This document shows, piece by piece, positions 1 through 8,508 of a stretch of DNA of 60,494 bases (the first letter of the stretch is position 1; each line of letters starts with the position of its first letter). The notes beneath the pieces were generated by a model. It searched no databases. It had not been told where the DNA came from and saw only the letters and a program-made list of their open reading frames with translations. Source of the stretch: Candidatus Saccharimonadales bacterium. Its GTDB lineage: Bacteria; Patescibacteriota; Saccharimonadia; UBA4664; DATIHN01. The stretch is taken from positions 1 to 60,494 of the forward strand of contig DATIHN010000013.1 of the NCBI GenBank assembly GCA_035480635.1. The letters run 5' to 3'. Both the position numbers and the translations under genes were made by a program.

Positions 1-2
1 GC

Positions 3-125
3 CGTGGCAGCGGGCCAGTTGATTGGGCCAAGTTCAAGCTTGATCTGCGCGACACCGTAGCCGACCTACTCTACCAAAAGACCAAGCGCAACCCGATGGT
101 GCTGCCAGTAGTGAATGAAGTTTAA
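3..125 (+). CDS. rnj: Ribonuclease J, C-terminal fragment (gene starts upstream of the window)
   Basis: Frame from nt 3 reads RGSGPVDWAKFKLDLRDTVADLLYQKTKRNPMVLPVVNEV*; the TKRxPMVLPVVxEV end is the typical RNase J C-terminus. Confidence 0.85.
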   Translation, partial: RGSGPVDWAKFKLDLRDTVADLLYQKTKRNPMVLPVVNEV

Positions 126-126
126 T
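81..126 (+). repeat. 46-bp perfect direct repeat, copy 1 (rnj 3' end)
   Basis: ACCAAGCGCAACCCGATGGTGCTGCCAGTAGTGAATGAAGTTTAAT is identical to 1316-1361. Confidence 0.97.
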
Positions 127-186
127 TAGTTTACCTCCTCGGTTTTAAGGAGTATAAGTATTTGCATAGATGGAGTTGATAAAATA

Positions 187-798
187 TTGAATTTCATTAA
201 GTCGAAACCAAAATGGCTCATTGCTTTGGTCTTCTCTTCATTGATACTTTTACCTACTGCAGCCTACGCCCTAACTAGTGCAGATTTTTACAGTGCTGCG
301 CTGAAGTGGTCACTGTCAAACTGCCAAGTATCGTCTGCAACCAACACAATAAACAATTCGGTCTGCTTCTTACTGAAGAGGAACAGTGAAATTTCTACCT
401 CATTGAAATCGGAGGAGGATAAAAACAACCAACAACAAGGAGATATAGATAACTTAGGCTCTAGGGTTTCGTCGCTTGAGTCAGTATCATCATTTGACTT
501 TCAGTTTCTAACAACTGCCGACAATTTGGCTGTATCACCAGTTTTTGACGCACAAAATTACAATTACGTGACTTTCAATTTTACGTGCTGGACTGCTGCA
601 AATGACGAAGTGCACTTAGAAGTTAGCTCTGACATGAACACATGGATAAAGCAGTATAGTGCCAATGTTTGTAATGCATCTGGTGGGCACGGATCATTTT
701 CAGGTACAACAGGAGGTAGGTATTATCGTGTTACAACTAACTCTCCCCAAAACGTTGATGCTTTAGCTAGATTTTCAAAATTTTTAGAACTGCCTTAA
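187..798 (+). CDS. Hypothetical secreted protein (signal peptide, short coiled coil, beta-rich C-terminus)
   Basis: 203-aa ORF with a hydrophobic N-terminus ending in an AYA-type site; visibly AT-richer than its neighbours. Confidence 0.7.
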   Translation: MNFIKSKPKWLIALVFSSLILLPTAAYALTSADFYSAALKWSLSNCQVSSATNTINNSVCFLLKRNSEISTSLKSEEDKNNQQQGDIDNLGSRVSSLESVSSFDFQFLTTADNLAVSPVFDAQNYNYVTFNFTCWTAANDEVHLEVSSDMNTWIKQYSANVCNASGGHGSFSGTTGGRYYRVTTNSPQNVDALARFSKFLELP

Positions 799-808
799 GT
801 TGGAGTCC

Positions 809-1273
809 ATGATCAAAGATGTAGAAAAAACGATCCGAGATTACATCGCCCAGGTGATACATGTGTCCTTGGCCACCTGTTTCAACAATCAGCCGTGGGT
901 TTGTGAGGTTCATTACGCTTACGATCAGGACTTGAACCTGTACTTTAGGTCTCTTCAATCAACTCGTCATAGCCAAGAGATAGCCCAAAATCCCAATGTC
1001 GCGGGTAACATCGTCGAGCCACACGGATTAACTGATAAACCCAGAGGAGTCTACTTTGAGGGGAAAGCTGAGCTGCTAGATGACGTCAAACCATCCGACA
1101 AAGCTGTTATAGCACTAAACGATCGATTCAATTTAGGCCAAGAGGTTCTGGACGAAGCCAGGTCCAAAGATGGCCATAAGATATATAAAATATCAGTCAG
1201 TAAATTTTACCTGTTTGACACCAGAGAATCGACACCTAGTCGAAAATATGAACTGCCCTGGGCCAAATTCTAA
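809..1273 (+). CDS. Pyridoxamine 5'-phosphate oxidase-like (FMN-binding split barrel) protein
   Basis: VSLAT...PW...Y...LYFRS...TRHSQEI..NPNVAG pattern; ATG at 809 follows GGAG. Confidence 0.8.
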   Translation: MIKDVEKTIRDYIAQVIHVSLATCFNNQPWVCEVHYAYDQDLNLYFRSLQSTRHSQEIAQNPNVAGNIVEPHGLTDKPRGVYFEGKAELLDDVKPSDKAVIALNDRFNLGQEVLDEARSKDGHKIYKISVSKFYLFDTRESTPSRKYELPWAKF

Positions 1274-1360
1274 CTGGAACTACACGATGCGGTCGCCGAT
1301 TTTATTTACGCCAAAACCAAGCGCAACCCGATGGTGCTGCCAGTAGTGAATGAAGTTTAA
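1259..1360 (+). pseudogene. Diverged second copy of the rnj 3' tail with an in-frame stop
   Basis: Reads WAKF*LELHDAVADFIYAKTKRNPMVLPVVNEV*, colinear with 24-125. Confidence 0.9.
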
Positions 1361-1361
1361 T
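1316..1361 (+). repeat. 46-bp perfect direct repeat, copy 2
   Basis: Identical to 81-126. Confidence 0.97.
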
Positions 1362-1426
1362 AGCTAATCCACCTGGCTGCATCGACAAACTTGTAAGTTT
1401 TTTCTCATCCAGCTATAAATACCTAT

Positions 1427-1969
1427 ATGAGCGAAGCCCTGCCCGGTCAACCCGAACCGGAGTTTAAACCAGCCATAAACCCTGCGGATCTATCCAGCGA
1501 CCAACCTCACCTGGAGGATGCCTTCCAAGCTATGCCGCCTGATCCAAGTATTGAGGCTCACAGGCAAGTCGAAATTGACAAAGCAGAAAGGGAGGCTAGG
1601 CGCTCAGATTTGTTGACCCAAGGCTATAACCAGGACGAGGTTAATTCAATCATTAATAGCGGCTCAGTCCTACCGGAAGTTTTTGCCAATCACGAGCCGA
1701 GTGACACCTATTTGGAACTTGCGTCTCATCAAGAGTCGCTTAATCAAAAGCCGCAACGATCTCAGTCTGAAGCCGCGCTGCAATACAATAGTCAACGTGT
1801 CCAGCTGATCAGCAGTCTCAAGCGGAGTGGCAGCTCTGACTTAAGTGATGAGCAAATTGAGCGGATTATCACATACGGTTATTTGATGCCCCCAGAATAT
1901 ACAGCTACGCCCGCTACTGACTTGCTTGCAAAGCGGCATGAGGAAGAAGACTTACCTAAAGCAGCCTAA
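1427..1969 (+). CDS. Hypothetical acidic protein
   Basis: 180-aa ORF, no recognised motif. Confidence 0.6.
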   Translation: MSEALPGQPEPEFKPAINPADLSSDQPHLEDAFQAMPPDPSIEAHRQVEIDKAEREARRSDLLTQGYNQDEVNSIINSGSVLPEVFANHEPSDTYLELASHQESLNQKPQRSQSEAALQYNSQRVQLISSLKRSGSSDLSDEQIERIITYGYLMPPEYTATPATDLLAKRHEEEDLPKAA

Positions 1970-2023
1970 CTATGACACAACCCTATACCCTAGCGACTCC
2001 GTAAGCGGTATAATCTAGGAGAT

Positions 2024-4120
2024 ATGGCCAAAAAACGCCGCACCAAGAAGAAGGATAACTCCAAGCCAAAGGAGGAACTCAGCCCGGCGATCAGCAAAGA
2101 TATCGCGGCCATAGTCTGCGTGGCGCTAGCATTGCTGCTGATTTTGGCAGCCCTGCATGTTGGGGGTACCCTGGTAAGCTCGGTCTTTACTGGGCTGCGA
2201 TTAGTGCTAGGGTATGCGGCTTACTTGTTGCCAGTGGTATTGGGGCTATTAGCCTGGTTGCTGTTTCAACCCGAGAAGTATGAGGTTGGTGGTATGAATT
2301 ATGCTGGGCTGATTGGTTTTATGTTAGCATTGGCCGGCTTGCTGCATTTCAGCTCGGCTACCGAAAACGCTTTGAGTCTGGCCAAGGCGGGGCAGGGTGG
2401 AGGCATGAGCGGATATGCTATAAGCCGCGGGTTGCTTGGTATCGTCAACGTGCCAGCCGCGGTAGTTATTTTATTAACTGTCATGGCGATCTGCTTGGTT
2501 ATGGCCGCTAACGCCCGCTTAAGCGACATTTATCACGGTTTAATCGGCTTGTTTCGGCGTGGTCCGAAAGAGGAAATCCAGATTAACGAGCCAGCCGGTT
2601 TGAATATCAACAACCGATTGCCAATCCGAGGCCAACTTGACGCCAGCCGGCGGGGTAAGGATGAGATGGAGGCTCTGACTGTCATGGCCGATGCTGATTG
2701 GGTCTCACCGGAGCTAGACCTGTTAGCTAGCACCACCAGCAAACCCAATGCCGGTAACGTCAAAGAAAACGCTGCCATTATTCAAAAAACCCTCGATAGT
2801 TTTGGCATCGAAGTGGCCATGGGCGAGGTCAACGTTGGACCGACCGTGACTCAGTACACACTGAAGCCCTCCAGCGGCGTCAAGCTGAACAAAATCACCG
2901 GGTTGGATCACAACCTATCGCTGGCGCTGGCGGCCCATCCTCTGCGCATTGAGGCGCCTATTCCGGGTAAAAGTGCTGTCGGCGTCGAAGTGCCAAACAA
3001 AGCCGCGGCCATCGTTTCGCTCAAAGACATCCTAGCAACCGAGGAAATTCAAAAAAGTACGCGCATGACCTTCGCTCTAGGCCGCGACGTCTCTGGTCGC
3101 CCGGCGCTGGCCGATCTATCCAACATGCCGCACCTGCTGATCGCTGGCGCCACCGGGACTGGTAAAAGCGTCATGATTAACTCGTTGCTAACGACGCTGC
3201 TGTATCGTAATTCGCCATCGGATCTCAAGTTGATTTTAGTTGATCCTAAACGAGTCGAATTAACGCCTTTCAATGGCATTCCGCATTTGCTCGCACCGGT
3301 TATTACAGAGGATGATCAAACCATTTCGGCGCTCAAATGGGCGGTGGCCGAAATGCAGCGGCGCTATAAAATGCTTAACGACGCCGGTAAGCGCAACATC
3401 GTTGAATATAATTCAGCCAAACCGCCAGAGCGGATGCCCTATATCGTGATTGTAATTGATGAGATGGCCCAACTCATGCAATCGGCCGGCCGCGACGCTG
3501 AGGCCTTGATAGTTCAGCTAGCCCAACTGGCCCGGGCCACCGGCATCCACCTGGTCCTGGCCACCCAGCGACCAAGTGTTAACGTTATTACCGGTTTGAT
3601 CAAGGCCAACATTCCAGCCCGAGTGGCCTTCACCGTGGCATCGCAAATTGATTCTCGGACCATCCTTGATCAATCGGGGGCCGAAAAGCTCTTGGGTAAA
3701 GGTGATATGCTCTTCATCAGCCCAGATTTAATTAAGCCTATCAGAGTCCAGGGCGCCCTGATTCAGACCAAAGAGGTCAACGCCGTAAATGGCTATCTGC
3801 GGTCTCAGCGCGAACCTCAATACAACGAGGAAGTCACCAGCCAACCAGTTAAATTGGGGACCAGTGGCCGGGGCTCTCACTTTGAGGAGACCGGCGATGA
3901 CGACCTATTCGAGCAGGCCGCCGAGACCGTTATTCGCAGCGGCAAGGCCTCGGCCTCGCTGTTGCAGCGGCGCCTGCGGGTTGGCTACGCCCGAGCCGCT
4001 CGTTTACTCGATTTATTGGAAGAGCGGGGAGTGGTTGGTCCGCCCGACGGCGCCCGGCCGCGCGATGTGCTGGTTGATCATATCGACAATGTTGCAACCG
4101 ACATAACCTATGAAGAATGA
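2024..4120 (+). CDS. ftsK: DNA translocase FtsK/SpoIIIE
   Basis: N-terminal TM helices, Walker A GATGTGKS, VIVIDEMAQLM, HLVLATQRPS, C-terminal gamma domain (SASLLQRRLRVGYARAARL). Confidence 0.97.
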   Translation: MAKKRRTKKKDNSKPKEELSPAISKDIAAIVCVALALLLILAALHVGGTLVSSVFTGLRLVLGYAAYLLPVVLGLLAWLLFQPEKYEVGGMNYAGLIGFMLALAGLLHFSSATENALSLAKAGQGGGMSGYAISRGLLGIVNVPAAVVILLTVMAICLVMAANARLSDIYHGLIGLFRRGPKEEIQINEPAGLNINNRLPIRGQLDASRRGKDEMEALTVMADADWVSPELDLLASTTSKPNAGNVKENAAIIQKTLDSFGIEVAMGEVNVGPTVTQYTLKPSSGVKLNKITGLDHNLSLALAAHPLRIEAPIPGKSAVGVEVPNKAAAIVSLKDILATEEIQKSTRMTFALGRDVSGRPALADLSNMPHLLIAGATGTGKSVMINSLLTTLLYRNSPSDLKLILVDPKRVELTPFNGIPHLLAPVITEDDQTISALKWAVAEMQRRYKMLNDAGKRNIVEYNSAKPPERMPYIVIVIDEMAQLMQSAGRDAEALIVQLAQLARATGIHLVLATQRPSVNVITGLIKANIPARVAFTVASQIDSRTILDQSGAEKLLGKGDMLFISPDLIKPIRVQGALIQTKEVNAVNGYLRSQREPQYNEEVTSQPVKLGTSGRGSHFEETGDDDLFEQAAETVIRSGKASASLLQRRLRVGYARAARLLDLLEERGVVGPPDGARPRDVLVDHIDNVATDITYEE

Positions 4121-5075
4121 TCCCAAACTGGCCCAAAATCAGCTAATTGGACCAATCCTAAAAAAACGTCGGCAAAGCCTGAAACTTAGTTTGACGGACG
4201 TCGAACTAGCCACCAAAATCAGGGGGAAGTTTTTAATTGCGCTGGAGAATAGCGACTACGATAGCATTAGCCATGACGTCTACACCAAGGGCTTCGTCCA
4301 AAGTTACGCCGATTTTTTGGGCTTAAACGGCCGAGTCATCTCATCGCAATATTTGGTGGAGCGCGGCGACCTACCAGACGAGCGGCCCAAATCAATTCAA
4401 CCGCCGACCAAAAGCTTCGTCATCACACCACGCCTTGTTATCGTATCGGCGGCGGTCTTAATCTTGGCTGCCGTCATGGCCTACTTTGGCTGGCAGGTTT
4501 CAACGCTGGCGGCTGCCCCCAAACTAGTCGTTACTAATCCGTCGAGTGATCAAGTTATTGAAGGCAGCTTGGCTGATGTTAATGGGCATGCCACATTGGG
4601 GGCCGATGTTTTCGTTAACGATTCACCGGTGCTTACCGACACCAATGGCGCCTTTGCCGAAAAAGTTGCCCTCCAAGATGGCGTCAACACTATTCGGGTT
4701 ATGGCCAAAAACAAGCTGGGCAAAACCACCGTGGTGACCCGCAGCATTCTGGCCAAGATTCCTAAACCGCTGGGGGCTCAAACCAGCGAACCAGCCACTA
4801 TTGATGGAGTACGGGTCGATATCAGCATCAAGGCCACCGCGGCCGCTATCACGGTTCTAGTTGATGACAAGCTGGTCTTCCAGGGCACCATGCTCGCCGG
4901 TACCACCCAGACCTTTAGCGGTAATCAAAGAGTGGTTATAACCACCAGCAACGCCGGCCAAACGGCTCTAAAAGTGACCAATTCGGTGGTGGCAGCCAAA
5001 TCGATCGATCCGGTTGGCAAAGACGGCGAAATCAAACGTGATTTGGAATTTACCAAAGATACTGTGATCCCTTAA
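4110..5075 (+). CDS. RodZ-like membrane protein (XRE HTH, TM, Ig-like and DUF4115-like domains)
   Basis: IGPILKKRRQSLKLSL..VELATKIR..FLIALEN..Y....DVYTKGFVQSYADFLGL; single TM; follows ftsK. Confidence 0.85.
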   Translation: MKNDPKLAQNQLIGPILKKRRQSLKLSLTDVELATKIRGKFLIALENSDYDSISHDVYTKGFVQSYADFLGLNGRVISSQYLVERGDLPDERPKSIQPPTKSFVITPRLVIVSAAVLILAAVMAYFGWQVSTLAAAPKLVVTNPSSDQVIEGSLADVNGHATLGADVFVNDSPVLTDTNGAFAEKVALQDGVNTIRVMAKNKLGKTTVVTRSILAKIPKPLGAQTSEPATIDGVRVDISIKATAAAITVLVDDKLVFQGTMLAGTTQTFSGNQRVVITTSNAGQTALKVTNSVVAAKSIDPVGKDGEIKRDLEFTKDTVIP

Positions 5076-5524
5076 CCGATAAAACCGCCAGCATAATAGA
5101 AGACGTAAACCTCTTTGCCGTCTACGGAAATGCTTTCGGTTCCAGACAGCTGATCAATCGATCCATCCCCATCGCATCTGTAGACGAATTCTCCATAGTC
5201 TTTATTAACGGGCCGATAGATCCTTGTTGTTTCCCATAAATCTATCAAAGCCTTCCGCAACATAGTGTCAGCCTGTTCCTCGGTCATTGCAGAGAAATCA
5301 CCGAAATATGACATTGACCAAACTGGCTCATCCTTAAAAAATACGGTTTCTAATCCAGGGAAAATGCCGTTGCCAATGTAATATATATCTCGGTACAACC
5401 AGTTTTCACTTGCGTACTCGAATTGAACCGAACCCTCCAAAGCGGGTTTGACCTTACCGGTTCCAGCAGCATAAGTCTTGGTTCTGGCGCTTAGCAAAAA
5501 TGTTTCTAGTTCACTTTTATTCAT
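5072..5524 (-). CDS. DUF5680-like hypothetical protein
   Basis: FLLSARTKTYA...YRDIYY..G.F.G.ETVFFKDEPVWSMSYFG pattern, recognised from memory. Confidence 0.7.
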   Translation of the reverse strand: MNKSELETFLLSARTKTYAAGTGKVKPALEGSVQFEYASENWLYRDIYYIGNGIFPGLETVFFKDEPVWSMSYFGDFSAMTEEQADTMLRKALIDLWETTRIYRPVNKDYGEFVYRCDGDGSIDQLSGTESISVDGKEVYVFYYAGGFIG

Positions 5525-5544
5525 AGACTCATTATAGTGCAGTC
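5525..5544. promoter_or_regulatory. Overlapping divergent -10 elements for two leaderless genes
   Basis: TATAAT (minus, 5536-5531) and TATAGT (plus, 5533-5538), each 6 nt from an ATG; no room for an SD. Confidence 0.65.
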
Positions 5545-6042
5545 ATGGCAAAAGATTTTTCATTTGATGTGGTGAGTGATTTCGATGCGGCCGAGATGGC
5601 CAACGCTATCGATCAAGCCCAGCGCGAAATTGCCAACCGTTACGATTTTAAGAACACCAGTGCCAAAGTCGACTTCGTCGAAGGCAAAACCGGTCTGTTA
5701 ATTACTGCAGATAGCGACAATCAAGCCCAAGCCGTGCTGGACGTGGTCCAAGGCAAATTAATCAAGCGGGGCCTATCCCTAAAGACTTTGGATAGCTCGG
5801 CTCAGCCCGTGCAGGGTGGCAAAGAAGTGCGTTGGACCATCCCATTTAAAAAAGGCTTGGATCAAGACAAAGCCAAGCAGGTTACTAAAGCCATTCGCGA
5901 GGCGTTTCCGAAGGTCAAAACCCAAGTTCAAGGCGACGCCGTGCGGGTGACCAGTTCGAGTAAAGACGACCTGCAGGGGGTGATGGCGGCATTGAAGGCA
6001 GGGGAGTTCGATTTCCCGCTCGATTTCGTTAATTATCGGTAA
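5545..6042 (+). CDS. yajQ: YajQ family nucleotide/c-di-GMP-binding protein
   Basis: SFDVVS...NAIDQAQREIANRYDFK...QVQGDAVRVTSSSKDDLQ. Confidence 0.95.
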   Translation: MAKDFSFDVVSDFDAAEMANAIDQAQREIANRYDFKNTSAKVDFVEGKTGLLITADSDNQAQAVLDVVQGKLIKRGLSLKTLDSSAQPVQGGKEVRWTIPFKKGLDQDKAKQVTKAIREAFPKVKTQVQGDAVRVTSSSKDDLQGVMAALKAGEFDFPLDFVNYR

Positions 6043-6129
6043 AGGCAGTTTTGTCTACATATCCTTGAACCATCGCTTTGATAGGGATAGACTAATACCG
6101 TCTTGTAGCAGCATGCGACTGGAGAAACA

Positions 6130-6627
6130 ATGCGCTACCAGGAAGTTACACTCTCACTCAAAACAATTGAGGAACGGGATGCCAGGCAAGCTGAGGTGGA
6201 TGAACTCAATGCTCAGCTAGAAGCCGCTCTTAAGCCATTGATCGAGCGAATCCTGGTGAGGGCTGGTCGTATGTTGCCCTCAACCCTGAGCATCTACGAC
6301 AAGATCAAACGGCAAAGCCCAAGAGTTACTGAAGACGATGTTCGACGTTGCTTGGATTCGATGGCAAAGGAGGGTTGGGCCCAGCGCAGCGGTTGTTATC
6401 CGATCGATTCATGGGAACTCTTCGGCGTACACCAGTGCATTCCGGGTAATCTCAAATATCTTGGTGAAGCTGACGACAGTGCTCACTCCAATATTTACCA
6501 GTGCCAGATCTGTGGGGAGGGTTGGAAGCAAATACTTGGGCAACGTTCGGGCCAAAATCGTAGGTGGGTGCGGGGCGTAAAGCTGACATTCTGGGCCGAC
6601 GCTAAGTCTGTCCAGAAGGCTTCGTAG
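6130..6627 (+). CDS. Hypothetical protein, possible winged helix plus Cys/His metal site
   Basis: 165-aa ORF after GGAG; HQC...CQIC motif. Confidence 0.6.
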   Translation: MRYQEVTLSLKTIEERDARQAEVDELNAQLEAALKPLIERILVRAGRMLPSTLSIYDKIKRQSPRVTEDDVRRCLDSMAKEGWAQRSGCYPIDSWELFGVHQCIPGNLKYLGEADDSAHSNIYQCQICGEGWKQILGQRSGQNRRWVRGVKLTFWADAKSVQKAS

Positions 6628-6633
6628 CAATAA

Positions 6634-6659
6634 GGCGGTCTGGGTAAAATCAGACCGCC
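6634..6659 (+). terminator. Stem-loop after the 6130 ORF
   Basis: GGCGGTCTG-N8-CAGACCGCC; weak U tail. Confidence 0.55.
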
Positions 6660-6670
6660 AAACTTTGCCA

Positions 6671-6700
6671 TTGACAGTTCGGCTTTTGTTCGGTTATGAT
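6671..6700 (+). promoter_or_regulatory. recA sigma70 promoter with a GTTCGG-N5-GTTCGG direct-repeat operator (putative SOS box)
   Basis: TTGACA GTTCGG CTTTT GTTCGG T TATGAT; matches 53034-53006 on the minus strand. Confidence 0.8.
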
Positions 6701-6737
6701 CAAAGCAACCTAGAATTAACAGGTAAAGGAAGTTACA

Positions 6738-7778
6738 ATGTCAACAGCAGTAGCGGAGAAAGAAGCGGTCGTGGAAACGAAATCGGGCGATAAAGGGGAG
6801 CGGCTCAAAGCAGTCGATTTGGCCGTCGCTCAAATCGAAAAACAGTTCGGCAAGGGCGCCATTATGAAATTGGGGGATGCTCATCACATTGATGTAGAAA
6901 CAATCCCCACCGGCAGTTTGGCGCTAGATATCGCTTTAGGTGGGGGCATACCCAAAGGCCGGGTGGTGGAAATTTACGGACCAGAGTCGAGTGGGAAGAC
7001 GACCCTGGCACTGCATGCTGTAGCTGAAGTCCAAAAGCATGGAGGACTAGCCGCTTTCATTGATGCCGAACATGCGCTAGACCCCGAGTATGCCGGCAAA
7101 ATTGGCGTTAAATTAGATGATCTATTCATTTCGCAACCGGATACGGGTGAACAAGCGCTGGAAATCTGCGAGACTTTAGTTCGCTCAAACGCCGTTGATA
7201 TTGTGGTGATTGATTCGGTAGCTGCGCTGGTGCCACGGGCCGAGATCGAAGGCGAAATGGGTGATTCACTGCCGGGCTTGCAGGCCCGTTTGATGTCGCA
7301 AGCCCTGCGCAAATTGACTGGCGTCATCAATAAAAGTAAAACCACCGTTGTCTTCATCAACCAGCTGCGCATGAAAATTGGCGTTATGTTTGGCAGCCCG
7401 GAGACGACGGCCGGAGGCCAGGCACTCAAGTACTACGCTTCCGTACGCTTGGATATTCGTCGGATGGAAACTCTTAAAGATGGCGAAAACTCCATTGGTA
7501 ACCATGTTAAAGTCAAAGTCGTTAAAAATAAGATCGCTGCACCTTTCAAGATTGCCGAATTCGATATCATGTACAACGAAGGCATTTCGGTGGCCGGCGA
7601 TCTGATTGATCTAGCGGTTAAATACGGCCAAGTGTTCAAGAGCGGCGCCTGGTACGAGTATAAGGATGAAAAGATTGGCCAGGGTCGTGAGGCTGCCAAA
7701 GGCTACCTCAAAGAACATCCGGCCGTAGTTAAAGAAATCACAGCGGCTGTTCGTAAAGAGGCTGGCCTCAAGGCTTAA
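6738..7778 (+). CDS. recA: Recombinase RecA
   Basis: [65 protein letters not shown]. Confidence 0.99.
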   Translation: MSTAVAEKEAVVETKSGDKGERLKAVDLAVAQIEKQFGKGAIMKLGDAHHIDVETIPTGSLALDIALGGGIPKGRVVEIYGPESSGKTTLALHAVAEVQKHGGLAAFIDAEHALDPEYAGKIGVKLDDLFISQPDTGEQALEICETLVRSNAVDIVVIDSVAALVPRAEIEGEMGDSLPGLQARLMSQALRKLTGVINKSKTTVVFINQLRMKIGVMFGSPETTAGGQALKYYASVRLDIRRMETLKDGENSIGNHVKVKVVKNKIAAPFKIAEFDIMYNEGISVAGDLIDLAVKYGQVFKSGAWYEYKDEKIGQGREAAKGYLKEHPAVVKEITAAVRKEAGLKA

Positions 7779-8405
7779 ATGCCGATCGTAACTGCGATCA
7801 AGGAGCAGGTAAAACGCTCGGATCGTTACTCAATTTACATCGATAACAAATACGGCTTCTCACTCTCGGCGCAGCAATTGGCTGAGAGTGAGTTGGCATC
7901 CGGCCAAGAGCTCTCAGAGGCTGAAATTGAGGATTACCAGCAGGCTTCAGAATACGGTAAAGCCCTTCAAGCGGCCTATCGATTGCTATCATATCGCCCG
8001 CGGAGCGAACGCGAAATGAGAGATCGCTTGAGCCGTAAAAAATATGACGAGCCAACTGTTGATGCCGTAGTAACTCGCTTAAGCGAGATCAAACTATTAG
8101 ACGATATAACCTTTGCTGCTAGCTGGGTTGACCAACCTAAGTCCAAAAATCGCAGCACTAGGCGGTTGAGCCAGGAATTGGTGCTCAAGGGGATTGATTC
8201 GGATTTGATTAAGGAAACTGCTACGGCGCTTGAATCTGAGGACCATGATCGGGTGGCCATTTTGGCTCTGATCGAAAAGAAACTCCAAAAAAATACCCCC
8301 CAGGATCGTCAGAAGCTGGTTGGGTACCTTGTTCGCCAGGGTTTTCGAATTAGCCTGGTTCTACAAATTCTAAAACAAGATTTTAGCGAGATTCATTGGC
8401 TGTAA
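7779..8405 (+). CDS. recX: RecA regulator RecX
   Basis: AYRLLSYRPRSEREMRDRL..K....LLDDITFAASWV...YLVRQGF; abuts recA. Confidence 0.92.
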   Translation: MPIVTAIKEQVKRSDRYSIYIDNKYGFSLSAQQLAESELASGQELSEAEIEDYQQASEYGKALQAAYRLLSYRPRSEREMRDRLSRKKYDEPTVDAVVTRLSEIKLLDDITFAASWVDQPKSKNRSTRRLSQELVLKGIDSDLIKETATALESEDHDRVAILALIEKKLQKNTPQDRQKLVGYLVRQGFRISLVLQILKQDFSEIHWL

Positions 8406-8478
8406 TCAACCGGTAGGCCATCGCAAACGCCAGGGCCCAGAGTAAAACCACAATCATCAAAACTCCTCCAGGCCTCAT
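8383..8478 (-). CDS. Candidate 31-aa single-TM small protein (not in the ORF track)
   Basis: MRPGGVLMIVVLLWALAFAMAYRLITANESR*; GAGGGA upstream; follows the PRC-barrel gene. Confidence 0.4.
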   Translation of the reverse strand: MRPGGVLMIVVLLWALAFAMAYRLITANESR

Positions 8479-8508
8479 ATTAACAGTCGAGTCCCTCTAG
8501 CACAACCG

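Noticed and set aside
786-1258. GAACTGCC (ELP) shared near the ends of both cargo genes, suggesting cassette junctions
   Set aside because: Only 8 bp and absent from the rnj copy; compatible with chance.
6116-6125. GCGACTGGAG upstream of two orphans (6130 and 49003)
   Set aside because: 10 bp, half of which is the SD; too little to call a motif.
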